NCBI GenBank assembly: GCA_964385105.1
Contig: CAYLMU010000002.1
Span: forward strand, 1-51,671
Length of the DNA stretch: 51,671 nt
Reading direction: 5' to 3'
Origin: an uncultured Candidatus Saccharibacteria bacterium
GTDB taxonomy: Bacteria; Patescibacteriota; WWE3; UBA101185; UBA10185
Shown piece after piece: positions 21,242-29,919 of this stretch. Positions within the stretch are counted from its first letter, which is position 1. Each line of letters opens with the position of its first letter. The notes below the pieces were generated by a model. That model was not told the DNA's origin. It saw only the letters and a list, made by a program, of their open reading frames with translations, and did not search any database. Position numbers and translations under genes: made by a program.

Positions 21242-21784
21242 TCCCATTTTTCTACGACGCAAGCTAGTATTCTTTTTTTAGAGTATGACACTTGCGTCTC
21301 CACTTTAAACTTTAACTATAAATTGAAGTTTAAGCTGGAGAATAATAATTTAGTAGGATTAGGAAGAATTGAGGGACTACGCTAACCCTCAAAAAGCACT
21401 GTAATAGGGTAATTTAACCATTGCAGAATGCTTTTATCTCTTCCTACCAATTAAAAATACGTAGTTATCAAGTTGCTGTGTGTAGATGTTTGCAAAACGT
21501 GCGGGTTGTTAAACGTCTGCATCAGCTACCGGATAACTGAGGTAGTTTGGTTTGTTGTGTCTTTAATTAGGCAATGACAACTTAAATGATCTTGATTTAT
21601 CGGTAGCGGCTTGTTCTACCTGCCTATTTAATAGAACTGCCGACAAGTTCTTTGAAAACCGAATATCAAAGAATGTTAAATGATTGAGAAATTAGATTTT
21701 AGCAGTTAGGGAAGTGGATGGTGTTATAAAGCTTTTTATGGCTTATAGCATTGTACGCTTCCCGGGGCTGCATATCCTATAGAG

Positions 21785-21813
21785 TTGACATGGTGTAAGA
21801 CCTATAGTATAAT
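21785..21813 (+). promoter_or_regulatory. Consensus sigma70 promoter
   Basis: TTGACA-17 nt-TATAAT, exact consensus. Confidence 0.85.
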
Positions 21814-22098
21814 TGAGTCGTATTAAAGTGAGATAAGAAATTAGATCGCTTTGACAATATAAATATGTATCTTGCCCGATATAGCGACGTTTACCCAAAT
21901 TGTAAGTTAATAGACATTTTGAAGCTTTTGTAAGAAGGTAACAGATTAGTATTTGCAAGCAGTAAAGCTTTGTATATGCTTTTTTGATGCGTTCTTATAA
22001 AGAACCGGCCGAAAACACCTAGGTCGACAGCGAAACTGCGTGTGCAGTGGAGTAGGTGAAAACCCAAGATTTTCTATAGCCTAAAGGAGGCATAAGAA

Positions 22099-22797
22099 AT
22101 GAAAAACGTGAATCAGACGAGTGAAAGTGGAAAATACACGAAGTTGGTTTGGGCGATGAATGCTGCCGCCTTTGTCCCGGAAATCGTCTCCGAGAAGGTA
22201 ACATTTCCCCCCGTCATTCATGATGGGAATGGAAAAACGCACGTGTTGAAGGAACGAGAATTTTATTTTCTGGTTCCGGAAGCGTTGGACGGACGTTGGC
22301 GCAAGATCGCCCGCAAGCATGCGGACGCGCTCGCCCGGCCCGAATATGGCCCCCGCGGCCAGTTCGGGTTTTTGACGGTTTCGGCAGAAGCCGACCGTCA
22401 ATGGGAGTTATTCAAGGCCTTGTGCGCCAGTCAGGCGCGTGAGGCTGAGGAAATTCTCGTTGCGTTGAGCAACGAGGCTCTCATTGGAAAGGCGAAAATT
22501 GATTTCGAGAAAGCCCAGCGGCTTCTCAACTCGAAAAAAGCCTATCCCGCCCTTTGCGCTGCTCGCGCAGCTCAGAGGGAGTTTGAACGTCAACGCGACG
22601 AGCTGGTGGGGACCATAGGTTCCCAAACAGATTCGTTCGTTGGCGACCGCCGTTTTACACAAAAAGGTGGGGTTCGAGTTGAACTCCGTCAAAACGGGAA
22701 AAACGGCACTCGGAAAGGCGGTTGGGACAAAAAGCGCTCCAAGCGCTCCAGTCGCCAAAAAAACGAAAGTCATTTGGATCCGGCTAACTACCGGTAA
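22099..22797 (+). CDS. Hypothetical protein (232 aa) with Lys/Arg-rich C-terminal tail
   Basis: GGAGG SD; long ORF; tail GKNGTRKGGWDKKRSKRSSRQKNE. Confidence 0.8.
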   Translation: MKNVNQTSESGKYTKLVWAMNAAAFVPEIVSEKVTFPPVIHDGNGKTHVLKEREFYFLVPEALDGRWRKIARKHADALARPEYGPRGQFGFLTVSAEADRQWELFKALCASQAREAEEILVALSNEALIGKAKIDFEKAQRLLNSKKAYPALCAARAAQREFERQRDELVGTIGSQTDSFVGDRRFTQKGGVRVELRQNGKNGTRKGGWDKKRSKRSSRQKNESHLDPANYR

Positions 22798-22814
22798 AAT
22801 GGTTTTCGTTTGAA

Positions 22815-22957
22815 GGGGCCGACAGGCGTCGACTTCGCGGAAATAGTTTCGGTAGAGGGAAAATGCCCAAGCAAAAACCTCGAAAAAACTTGGTCAGCCT
22901 AAACCCTGACGACAAAAAAAGCCGTGAAGGACCTGGGTTCGATTCCCAGCGGCTCCA
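22815..22957 (+). ncRNA. Miniature tmRNA-like RNA: tRNA-like domain, helix 2a and pk1, no normal mRNA-like domain
   Basis: Acceptor stem GGGGCCG/CGGCTCC-A with G3:U wobble. ssrA-like 5' end GGGGCCGACAGGCGTCGAC. T-arm CTGGG-TTCGATT-CCCAG. CTTCGCGG/CCGTGAAG helix. Pseudoknot GAGG/CCTC plus CCAAG/CTTGG. Only 143 nt; CCA not encoded. Confidence 0.8.
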
Positions 22958-23015
22958 TTATGTAAGTGCTCGACCCGTAAGGGTAGAGCTATGGCCTTGT
23001 GCCAGGAGAAAAAAA

Positions 23016-23120
23016 ATGGAGATTATTATTTCCATTTTTCGTTCCCTAAAAGCCACTTGGCGCTGCATTTGCGGTACCGAAGTGGAAATGGGGAAATCCT
23101 GTTGGCGTTGCAACCAGTAG
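23016..23120 (+). CDS. 34-aa zinc-ribbon-like microprotein
   Basis: AGGAG SD; MEIIISIFRSLKATWRCICGTEVEMGKSCWRCNQ with CxC..CxxC. Confidence 0.55.
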   Translation: MEIIISIFRSLKATWRCICGTEVEMGKSCWRCNQ

Positions 23121-23627
23121 TTTAGGTTGCAAAAAAACGTCAACACCCACCAATGGGTTACAATGGCAGGTTTGATATTACCTGGGTGCTGGTTATCCAA
23201 AAGCACAAAAAATATAATGGTGACAGGGAACCTGGAAATAATTAACGGGTGAACTGTTGCGATAGTTTTTTTATAAAAACTACAAGGAGAAAAAATTAAT
23301 TCTGATGACATTCTGAATTAATTTCTCACTCCCTGCAGGGCTTAATACCTAAACAGCAAAAATGTTTTAGGTCGGGAGTAAACGTGTGAGGGATCACACC
23401 AAAAGTTAAGCCAAAGCAATCATTTGAGGGGACGTTTCGATTCGGAACTGCGTGAAATTGCAATTAAGCAAATTCATATCTGGTCGTTTCGTCCCTTTCT
23501 TCATTTATTAATTACAGAAATTAGCTTATATAAAAATGTGGGTTAGTTTCCTTACTTAATAAGTATGGCGGATTATGTACCTAGCCGTTAGTGCACGTGC
23601 ACACTGGTACAAAAGGAGAGAAAGATT

Positions 23628-23915
23628 TTGAATAGAAAATTTTTTGGAAGACAACAGAAGGGGTTGCGAAAAAACATGCGAACTCGCTCTGTTGTTAGAG
23701 CATGGAAGGCAGCAATTGCTGATGCTCGCGAAGATGTCCTCATTCCCCTGAATCGTACTCCTGAGAAGGATATTATTGAGGGTGAGTACATTGAGCGTCT
23801 TCGGAGTCATCCGCGCTATCCCAAATGCCAAAAGGAGCGGAAACTCCGTACCCGTCGTCGTGTCCGACGTTTTCGTTATTTTTACGAAGACATTCGGTAC
23901 GAATACTGGGCTTAA
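23628..23915 (+). CDS. Hypothetical Arg-rich protein (95 aa)
   Basis: AGGAG SD plus TTG start. Confidence 0.65.
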   Translation: MNRKFFGRQQKGLRKNMRTRSVVRAWKAAIADAREDVLIPLNRTPEKDIIEGEYIERLRSHPRYPKCQKERKLRTRRRVRRFRYFYEDIRYEYWA

Positions 23916-24138
23916 AATCTTAAAACTCTGAGGTACAAGGTTAGGCATTTTCATAAATTTATCATTTATGCCTAGCCTTGTACCATAACACTTTATTTTC
24001 TCAATCAAGTATTAATATTCTTTATTTGTAGCCAATTGTTTGGTGGTATTTGTTGTTTTTGTGGTAAAGACAGCAGGTATTACTAAGCAACTGTGCTTGG
24101 TAAGAAAAAATAGGACGAAAACCCAAGGAGAAAGGGAA

Positions 24139-24495
24139 ATGGATGAAGAGCAGTTGGAACAATTAAAAAAGCAGATCTTGAAAAAGTTTCATGATCAGTA
24201 TGAATATGAGAGAAAAAATTTGATGGCAAGATTTCTTGCCGTCCACAGTGTGGGCGGGAATACAATTGAGCCATTTTATCGCGCCGAAGAACGCACGGTA
24301 AAGCTTTTTGTTGAAGTTTTCGGAGAGAATTCTCCTGCGTACTATGTGCGCGGTGAAGATCTTTGCCCGGATTGGCGTGGTTCCTTTGAAGAAGGGAAGA
24401 CTTACGCTGAATGTTGGCGTGATGGCTCTTTGAAGGTTGTCGATGACTCTGAGGGTCAAACTTTTGGAATGCGGGGGCACTTGTATTATGAGTAA
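24139..24495 (+). CDS. Hypothetical protein
   Basis: AAGGAG upstream of ATG 24139 (MDEEQLEQLK); overlaps next start. Confidence 0.72.
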   Translation: MDEEQLEQLKKQILKKFHDQYEYERKNLMARFLAVHSVGGNTIEPFYRAEERTVKLFVEVFGENSPAYYVRGEDLCPDWRGSFEEGKTYAECWRDGSLKVVDDSEGQTFGMRGHLYYE

Positions 24496-24793
24496 TACAA
24501 AGGTCTCCGAAATGAGAGAAGGCGAAAAGGGTTACGTGGTGCCCTGGGCTTTTTCTCGTTTAAGGTTTGGGATTAGTGTAAATAAAAATTACACTGTAAG
24601 TCCCAAATTTGGTGGAACTGCAACCGTCGAAGTTGCAAAGATTCAAGGAGAACTTAGAGTTCTCAGTGGATTAAAACTTGACAGAGTAAGCAACTGGAGG
24701 AAGGAGTTTCTGCTTCCGGTTAAGCTTACCTGGTATGATCGTGTTAGGTTTCTGATTTTTTGCATGTTGCAAAAAATACAAAAAAAACGTTAA
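24488..24793 (+). CDS. Hypothetical protein
   Basis: MSNTKVSEMREGEKGYVVPWAF; start overlaps upstream stop. Confidence 0.68.
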   Translation: MSNTKVSEMREGEKGYVVPWAFSRLRFGISVNKNYTVSPKFGGTATVEVAKIQGELRVLSGLKLDRVSNWRKEFLLPVKLTWYDRVRFLIFCMLQKIQKKR

Positions 24794-25110
24794 GTTTAAA
24801 CAAAGGAGATACCACTAGCTCTCAGCTAGAACACTCCTTGACCTCGCCCAAATGGGTTGTAAGGTCTAAAGAATGAAACTCAACTTGGTATCAGATTCCG
24901 TTCGGGACGGATCTGTAGAGTTTCCGCAAGCCTCTTGTTTCCTGGGTTAAAGGACAGGTGAAGAGAGGATGAGAGCACAAGCGAACAACGACTGAACAAT
25001 TTTAGTTCAGGATCGGTTCCCGTCCACATAGTGTGGATTCCGTGCCAACTCTTGGCGCAGGTGAGGCTTTCCGGTAATGCCGACACCAAAATAAAAGAGT
25101 TACTAAGCAG

Positions 25111-25190
25111 TTTGTCTTACGCGCTCCAGCTATAACCAGTAAAAAATTAATTAAAACTTAAACTGTTATGGCTGGGGGTTTGCACTTAAA
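25111..25190. repeat. About 80-nt dispersed hairpin repeat, copy 1
   Basis: Near-identical to 27858-27935 (4 substitutions, 2 single-base indels); 16-bp stem CTCCAGCTATAA(C)CAGT/ACTGTTATGGCTGGGG. Confidence 0.9.
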
Positions 25191-25262
25191 TTTGGAACTT
25201 TGTTTATAAATTTTTGTAAACAGAATTCCTTTTTTAAGGATAGAGTGATCAACTCGAAAAAT

Positions 25263-25448
25263 ATGAAGCTTGTTATTGAAGTGCCTGGCGAAAAGCATAA
25301 GGGCAAAATAACTAGGGTAAAAGACTTACTGAAATGTCTTTCGGGCCTTTGGCAAACCTCACCGCAAGGGAGGCGACTGAGAAGGTTCGGCCGGTACGCC
25401 GTGTTAGTTGCGTATAAAGGGAAAAAAGAGAATGAGTACGTTGTATGA
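25263..25448 (+). CDS. Hypothetical small basic protein
   Basis: MKLVIEVPGEKHKGK; overlaps next gene. Confidence 0.5.
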   Translation: MKLVIEVPGEKHKGKITRVKDLLKCLSGLWQTSPQGRRLRRFGRYAVLVAYKGKKENEYVV

Positions 25449-26409
25449 TTTGAGTTCTGTATTAGCAAATCCTGATGATGTTGAGGATTTGCAATTTCAA
25501 CTCAATAGAGAGTTGGAGTATGTGATACTCGCAGTGCAAGCACTGCGGTATGAATACTCCGAAGCCGATCTTGGCTATGGAAAGCAGGGAAACCTGTCTT
25601 TCAAAGGTCGTGCTCCCGAGTTGAAGACAAAGGCAGCCAGAGTGGCAGACTGGCTGATTTGGCTTCGGGATGGAACTCCTGAAGAGGCAATGATGGGAAT
25701 TGCTGAGAGTATTTCTCAGCTAATTCGTGAACTCGACTACACTTTGTCGTATGACAAAGACAGTAGAGAGTTTTTCCGGATTCTCGGGGAACTGGAATAC
25801 AAAGGTCGCTACGCGGCCTTTTATCCTGACACTCGGGAGGTGCTCGTGGAGTTTGACACGCTTGAAGAAGGATTGGAGTTTGCAAAACAAGCTCCTATTT
25901 TTCTTACAAGTGTTGTCGAAGCTTTCCGTGCGCAGCGGGAAAACAACATGATTCGTTGGTATTTCGATGCTGACGGGTCGATGGTAGATGGTGGAAAGAT
26001 TTTTACCACCCAATACCAAAATTGGAAGACCGTTACGCTTTTGAAGGGTTTAGGGTTTGAAGTCGACCGTGAGAGGGTCGGGGACAATTTGGTCACGAAA
26101 AGTGGACCGGTTGTTCACATCTTTCACGGTTGGGAACCATCGAAAGATGGTTCACGTCTCACAAGCGGGGACGATCTATCTAACCCCGATTCCCCGCACT
26201 ATGGCCGCCGGTACCTTGATGCGTTTCTTTTTTGGACGCCCGAAGGTTACGCCGACGTTGTAGTGTGGAATTCCAGTCCCCATGGGGACGACCAACTGTA
26301 CGAAGTTGTTGGTCTGTCCTCTTACGAGGATTGGAAGGTGTTTGTGGAAGAGCGCCCAGAGGAATTTGGTTTGAGCCACTGGCTCGAATTCAATTCCATC
26401 TCGCTCTGA
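25432..26409 (+). CDS. Hypothetical protein (about 325 aa)
   Basis: Long ORF with purine-rich RBS before ATG 25432. Confidence 0.8.
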   Translation: MSTLYDLSSVLANPDDVEDLQFQLNRELEYVILAVQALRYEYSEADLGYGKQGNLSFKGRAPELKTKAARVADWLIWLRDGTPEEAMMGIAESISQLIRELDYTLSYDKDSREFFRILGELEYKGRYAAFYPDTREVLVEFDTLEEGLEFAKQAPIFLTSVVEAFRAQRENNMIRWYFDADGSMVDGGKIFTTQYQNWKTVTLLKGLGFEVDRERVGDNLVTKSGPVVHIFHGWEPSKDGSRLTSGDDLSNPDSPHYGRRYLDAFLFWTPEGYADVVVWNSSPHGDDQLYEVVGLSSYEDWKVFVEERPEEFGLSHWLEFNSISL

Positions 26410-26718
26410 AATTTTTTGAAGGCTACTGTAAAGTTATTTGGCAAATTAGCTAAATAACGGTAGCGTTGTGTTACCACAAAACAACTAAAACTTATGTGGA
26501 AAAGCAATTAAGTCTTAAATGGGAGATAGGGTTTGTTAATCTAACTGTAGAAATACTTTTAGCACGCAACCCTGTCTCCCAATCTCAAAATTTAGTTTAA
26601 TAGTCGTTCTCGTTTTGGCTTGCAATTTTACAGGCTAGTATGAGCATGATTATTGTAGTTAACCAATAAACTCTAGCTTCGGAGTGGTTAACGTTTGGTC
26701 ACCTTTAAAGGAGGAATA

Positions 26719-26964
26719 ATGACCAAAAATCCCTTATACACCCATGATTGCACCGAGTGTACATATCTTGGTGCATTTGAGGGTATCGACCTTTATCTCC
26801 ACAATGTTGGAGATGAAGAATCTTGGGAAATGGTTTGTCGCAGTAGCGACGAACCTGAAGATTATTATTGTCTTCCTTGGTTTGCTGATTTGGGTGAGGA
26901 ATCCAATTTCGACAAATATAGGGAGATTAAGAAAAGGGCTTTAGCCCAAATGGTCAAAACTTAA
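26719..26964 (+). CDS. Hypothetical protein with HDCxxC motif
   Basis: AGGAGG SD; MTKNPLYTHDCTECTYLG. Confidence 0.75.
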   Translation: MTKNPLYTHDCTECTYLGAFEGIDLYLHNVGDEESWEMVCRSSDEPEDYYCLPWFADLGEESNFDKYREIKKRALAQMVKT

Positions 26965-26974
26965 AGGAGGAAGA

Positions 26975-27469
26975 ATGACCAAATTAAAAAGAGTGTGGTT
27001 TTTAAGGAACCACACGAAAGTCCAATACACCGGCCTGGTAGCCGGAGTTAGGGACGGAAAGTTGTTGGTGAGGTACGCAAGACCTCTCAATACTTTTCAT
27101 GCTCCAAGCTTCATGGGGGAAGAAATTCGATTCCCTCAAACGGTTCTAGTAAGTAGGGAAGATATCTTGCCTTCAGGCAAGTTACGATTTCCTGAAAGCT
27201 GGGACCAAGATAGCGCATATGCGCTGAAACATGTTCCCTTCAAAAGTACCTTTGATGGTACTTTGTTTATCTATCATTATGTTGATGATAGTAGAGAAGG
27301 GATGGTTTATTTCTCTCTTCCGGTGGAAGAAGCTCAACTTATATTTGAGGGCTTTCCTCCACTGGAGAATTTTTTGTACCACAGCACAGTTACCGGAACG
27401 GTAACTGGTGAAATCGCATTTTACATCCTACGGGATGGTGTGCGGTTTAATGTGGTATATAAGGAATAA
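26975..27469 (+). CDS. Hypothetical protein (164 aa)
   Basis: AGGAGG SD; tandem with the previous gene. Confidence 0.78.
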   Translation: MTKLKRVWFLRNHTKVQYTGLVAGVRDGKLLVRYARPLNTFHAPSFMGEEIRFPQTVLVSREDILPSGKLRFPESWDQDSAYALKHVPFKSTFDGTLFIYHYVDDSREGMVYFSLPVEEAQLIFEGFPPLENFLYHSTVTGTVTGEIAFYILRDGVRFNVVYKE

Positions 27470-27473
27470 GTAA

Positions 27474-27805
27474 TTTGCGAAGCTCAGACAGAAGCTCCCT
27501 AGAATCGCCTTAAAAAGCGATACGTTGAAACGTCGAACAAAGCTCCAATCAGACACCCAGCCATGTAAAAAATGGCTTGATCTGATAAGGCTCAGCACCT
27601 AAACCAGGGTGTAAGGTTGAGCACGAGGAGAAAAGGCGTTTTCGCATGATGTTAAGGATGGTTTTCCGATGCATGCGTAAAAAAGCGTGTACCATTTGTT
27701 TTGGTACGAATAGGTGTCCGAAAGTTTAATATTTCGGAGCTCGGCCGGGGTCTTGGGTAAGATAGCCGGATGAGTAGAGAAATCTCTGCACGAGCGATTC
27801 GCAAA
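27474..27805 (+). ncRNA. Candidate multi-helix ncRNA (about 330 nt)
   Basis: Closing helix TTTGCGAA-GCTC/GAGC-(GA)-TTCGCAAA enclosing at least 8 hairpins; no ORF. Confidence 0.5.
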
Positions 27806-27857
27806 AAAAGCTGGGAATTTAACAAAGGTGGTTAAATTCCATAGTTGCAGTTAGTTG

Positions 27858-27935
27858 TTTGTCTCACGCGCTCCAGCTATAACCGGTAAAAATTAATTAA
27901 AATTTAAACTGTTATGGCTGGGGGTTGCATTTAAA
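27858..27935. repeat. About 80-nt dispersed hairpin repeat, copy 2
   Basis: Near-identical to 25111-25190. Confidence 0.9.
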
Positions 27936-28197
27936 AGAGGAATTTTGAGTACAAGATTTACGCTACTACTTGTAACCAAAATTTCTCTTTCAAATTACAT
28001 TTTGAATCGGATTAACATCCGGCCAATTCCTAGGTTTGCATATAGCTGCTTCCCGGTGCTTGATAAGTGCCGAATAAGGTTGAGCATATGGTTGTATGCA
28101 AAGTTGGATAGATGTTTTTGACTGAGGACGTGTTACCGCACGTAAAAAGGGTAAAAAGCGAAAAAAAAACAAAAGAAAACAAAAAGGGAAAAAAGAA

Positions 28198-29100
28198 ATG
28201 AATAAAGTACAGATGGACCGTCTGCAGGGGATTTTGATGTCGTTAGCAGACAGCACGGATTTGAACGTGCATCACAATGGTGTGGTTGCACGGATTTGGG
28301 GACGTCAGTCTCCTTACGTGTCTCATCAGGGGATTGATTTTGAGGTGGATGTTTATCACCCCGTGGGACATGATGTGGTTGCCTTTGATGGCAATTACAA
28401 GATGGTTGTTTCTGTTTGGGGGGACGCCAAGTGGCCCTTTGGGGATAAGCTCGATACCCCGAAGGACACATTTGAGGCTGAACTCGTTTCAGCCCAAATT
28501 CCTTTTCAACTCATCGAGTCGTTGCTCGATGACGTTGTGAATCGGGGAGCCCTTCCCTGGAGCATTGTTGCACAGCTGCGTGAACGTAAGCTTGTGTATG
28601 TGACGTTCCAGATTAAAAAGGTTGTTGGATGGACGTTTGACGGACGTCCGATTTTCAACAGCCTTGTAATCCGTTCTCAAAGAGAGCGGATTGTTAAGAG
28701 AATGAGGGAAACGCCAGATGTTATGGCGTACCCCGGTGATTTCGACGAGGCATTTGATGTCTCGGATAATGAACACCGGTGGATGAGTCCAAATTTCCCG
28801 CTTGACGTGTCGTTTGACGATACTGATGAGCAGGGAAGTTATGGCATGAGTTTCTCGAGTATCCTCGAAGCACGAGGATTCGAAGAGATACTCAAGGATG
28901 CCCGATTTGTCGAAATGATTCAGAAAATCCCTTACTTCGGTTGGGGAAGGGATTATTCTGAAATTGATGAAGATGAGGAGGAGTTTCAGTTCACAGAGGA
29001 GGATTATGAAACCTTGCTGGGCGGCGACACGCTTCGTAAAATTTACGAAGCCGACAAAGCCTGGAAGGTAAAATCCTCGTCCATTGAAGAAGAAGAGTAA
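28198..29100 (+). CDS. Hypothetical protein (300 aa) with acidic C-terminus
   Basis: Long ORF with purine-rich RBS. Confidence 0.8.
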   Translation: MNKVQMDRLQGILMSLADSTDLNVHHNGVVARIWGRQSPYVSHQGIDFEVDVYHPVGHDVVAFDGNYKMVVSVWGDAKWPFGDKLDTPKDTFEAELVSAQIPFQLIESLLDDVVNRGALPWSIVAQLRERKLVYVTFQIKKVVGWTFDGRPIFNSLVIRSQRERIVKRMRETPDVMAYPGDFDEAFDVSDNEHRWMSPNFPLDVSFDDTDEQGSYGMSFSSILEARGFEEILKDARFVEMIQKIPYFGWGRDYSEIDEDEEEFQFTEEDYETLLGGDTLRKIYEADKAWKVKSSSIEEEE

Positions 29101-29407
29101 ATTTGTTTAGCGGGATAGACCAGACTATTCCTTAGAAAGTAGCTAATTAAAGCGAAATCAGTTATCTGGTAATTTGTCTCGGAGCCCAAGTTAGTATTCT
29201 GATGTATAGAATGTGAAACTTGGGCCTCCTTTCAAGACTTTTAGAGTTTCTAAAGGTTTTGGACCGGAGGTAAATAGTATCGCTCGTTTTGCAACTTACA
29301 TAGTAAGTAATATAGTAAGTAATAGAGTGAGCGATATTATTAATAAACTGATCGATGAAGTCCAGCTTCGGAGGGAGATCGGTTTAACTTTCCTAGGAGG
29401 AAAGATC

Positions 29408-29767
29408 ATGAAAAACTTTCATGTTGCTCTGATTGATATTAATTCCCCGGAAGTGGGGGAGCAGTTTGGCGTCAGTGGCTGTTTGTCAGTAAACAAAGTT
29501 GGCACTGAAGTTTGGTGCTATCTGAGTGAAGTATTTTTGCCTGGAGACAACACTGATTTTACAGAGGGAAATGTGATTTTGGCGATTGGCGCCAAGGTGC
29601 CTGAATATATGCTTGAAGCGATTCGCTTTGAGCTCGAAAACGAGCACACCGGGTACCTTACGCCAGTACTCGATGTTTTTTTGGAAAAGCTGGTGTCTTT
29701 GCAGGCGCATCACGAATTCCAGCCTCCTGCAGAAGGAAGAGCGCTAGGGAAGCGTTTGTACTTCTAG
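29408..29767 (+). CDS. Hypothetical protein
   Basis: AGGAGG SD before ATG 29408; the upstream in-frame extension overlaps hairpins and is probably non-coding. Confidence 0.72.
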   Translation: MKNFHVALIDINSPEVGEQFGVSGCLSVNKVGTEVWCYLSEVFLPGDNTDFTEGNVILAIGAKVPEYMLEAIRFELENEHTGYLTPVLDVFLEKLVSLQAHHEFQPPAEGRALGKRLYF

Positions 29768-29919
29768 CGCAAAAAACAAAATTCCTTGATGGTAATGGAT
29801 ATGCCTAAAAACATAAAAAACCATCAAAAAAATTAGCAATTTCTCTTTGGACCGGGATAGAGAGAAAATCGAAAACATAAGAAAAGGTGATTATATGAGT
29901 GAAAAAAGTGTTGAAATAG

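Noticed and set aside
22815-22957. Ordinary tRNA-Ala, or an att-site fragment of ssrA
   Set aside because: No anticodon arm or paired D-stem; both ends plus helix 2 and pk1 are present; no integrase nearby
22863-23015. N-terminal part of the 85-aa ORF 22863-23120
   Set aside because: Overlaps the tmRNA-like RNA; the SD-supported start is 23016
25111-27935. Integron attC sites or CRISPR repeats
   Set aside because: Only two copies 2.7 kb apart. TAAC..GTTA is present, but there is no clear R/L box spacing, no position right at a stop codon and no integrase or cas gene. Not fully excluded without an attC model.
29301-29324. Tandem 12-nt repeat TAGTAAGTAATA x2
   Set aside because: Only two units in an AT-rich spacer, and part of a local hairpin
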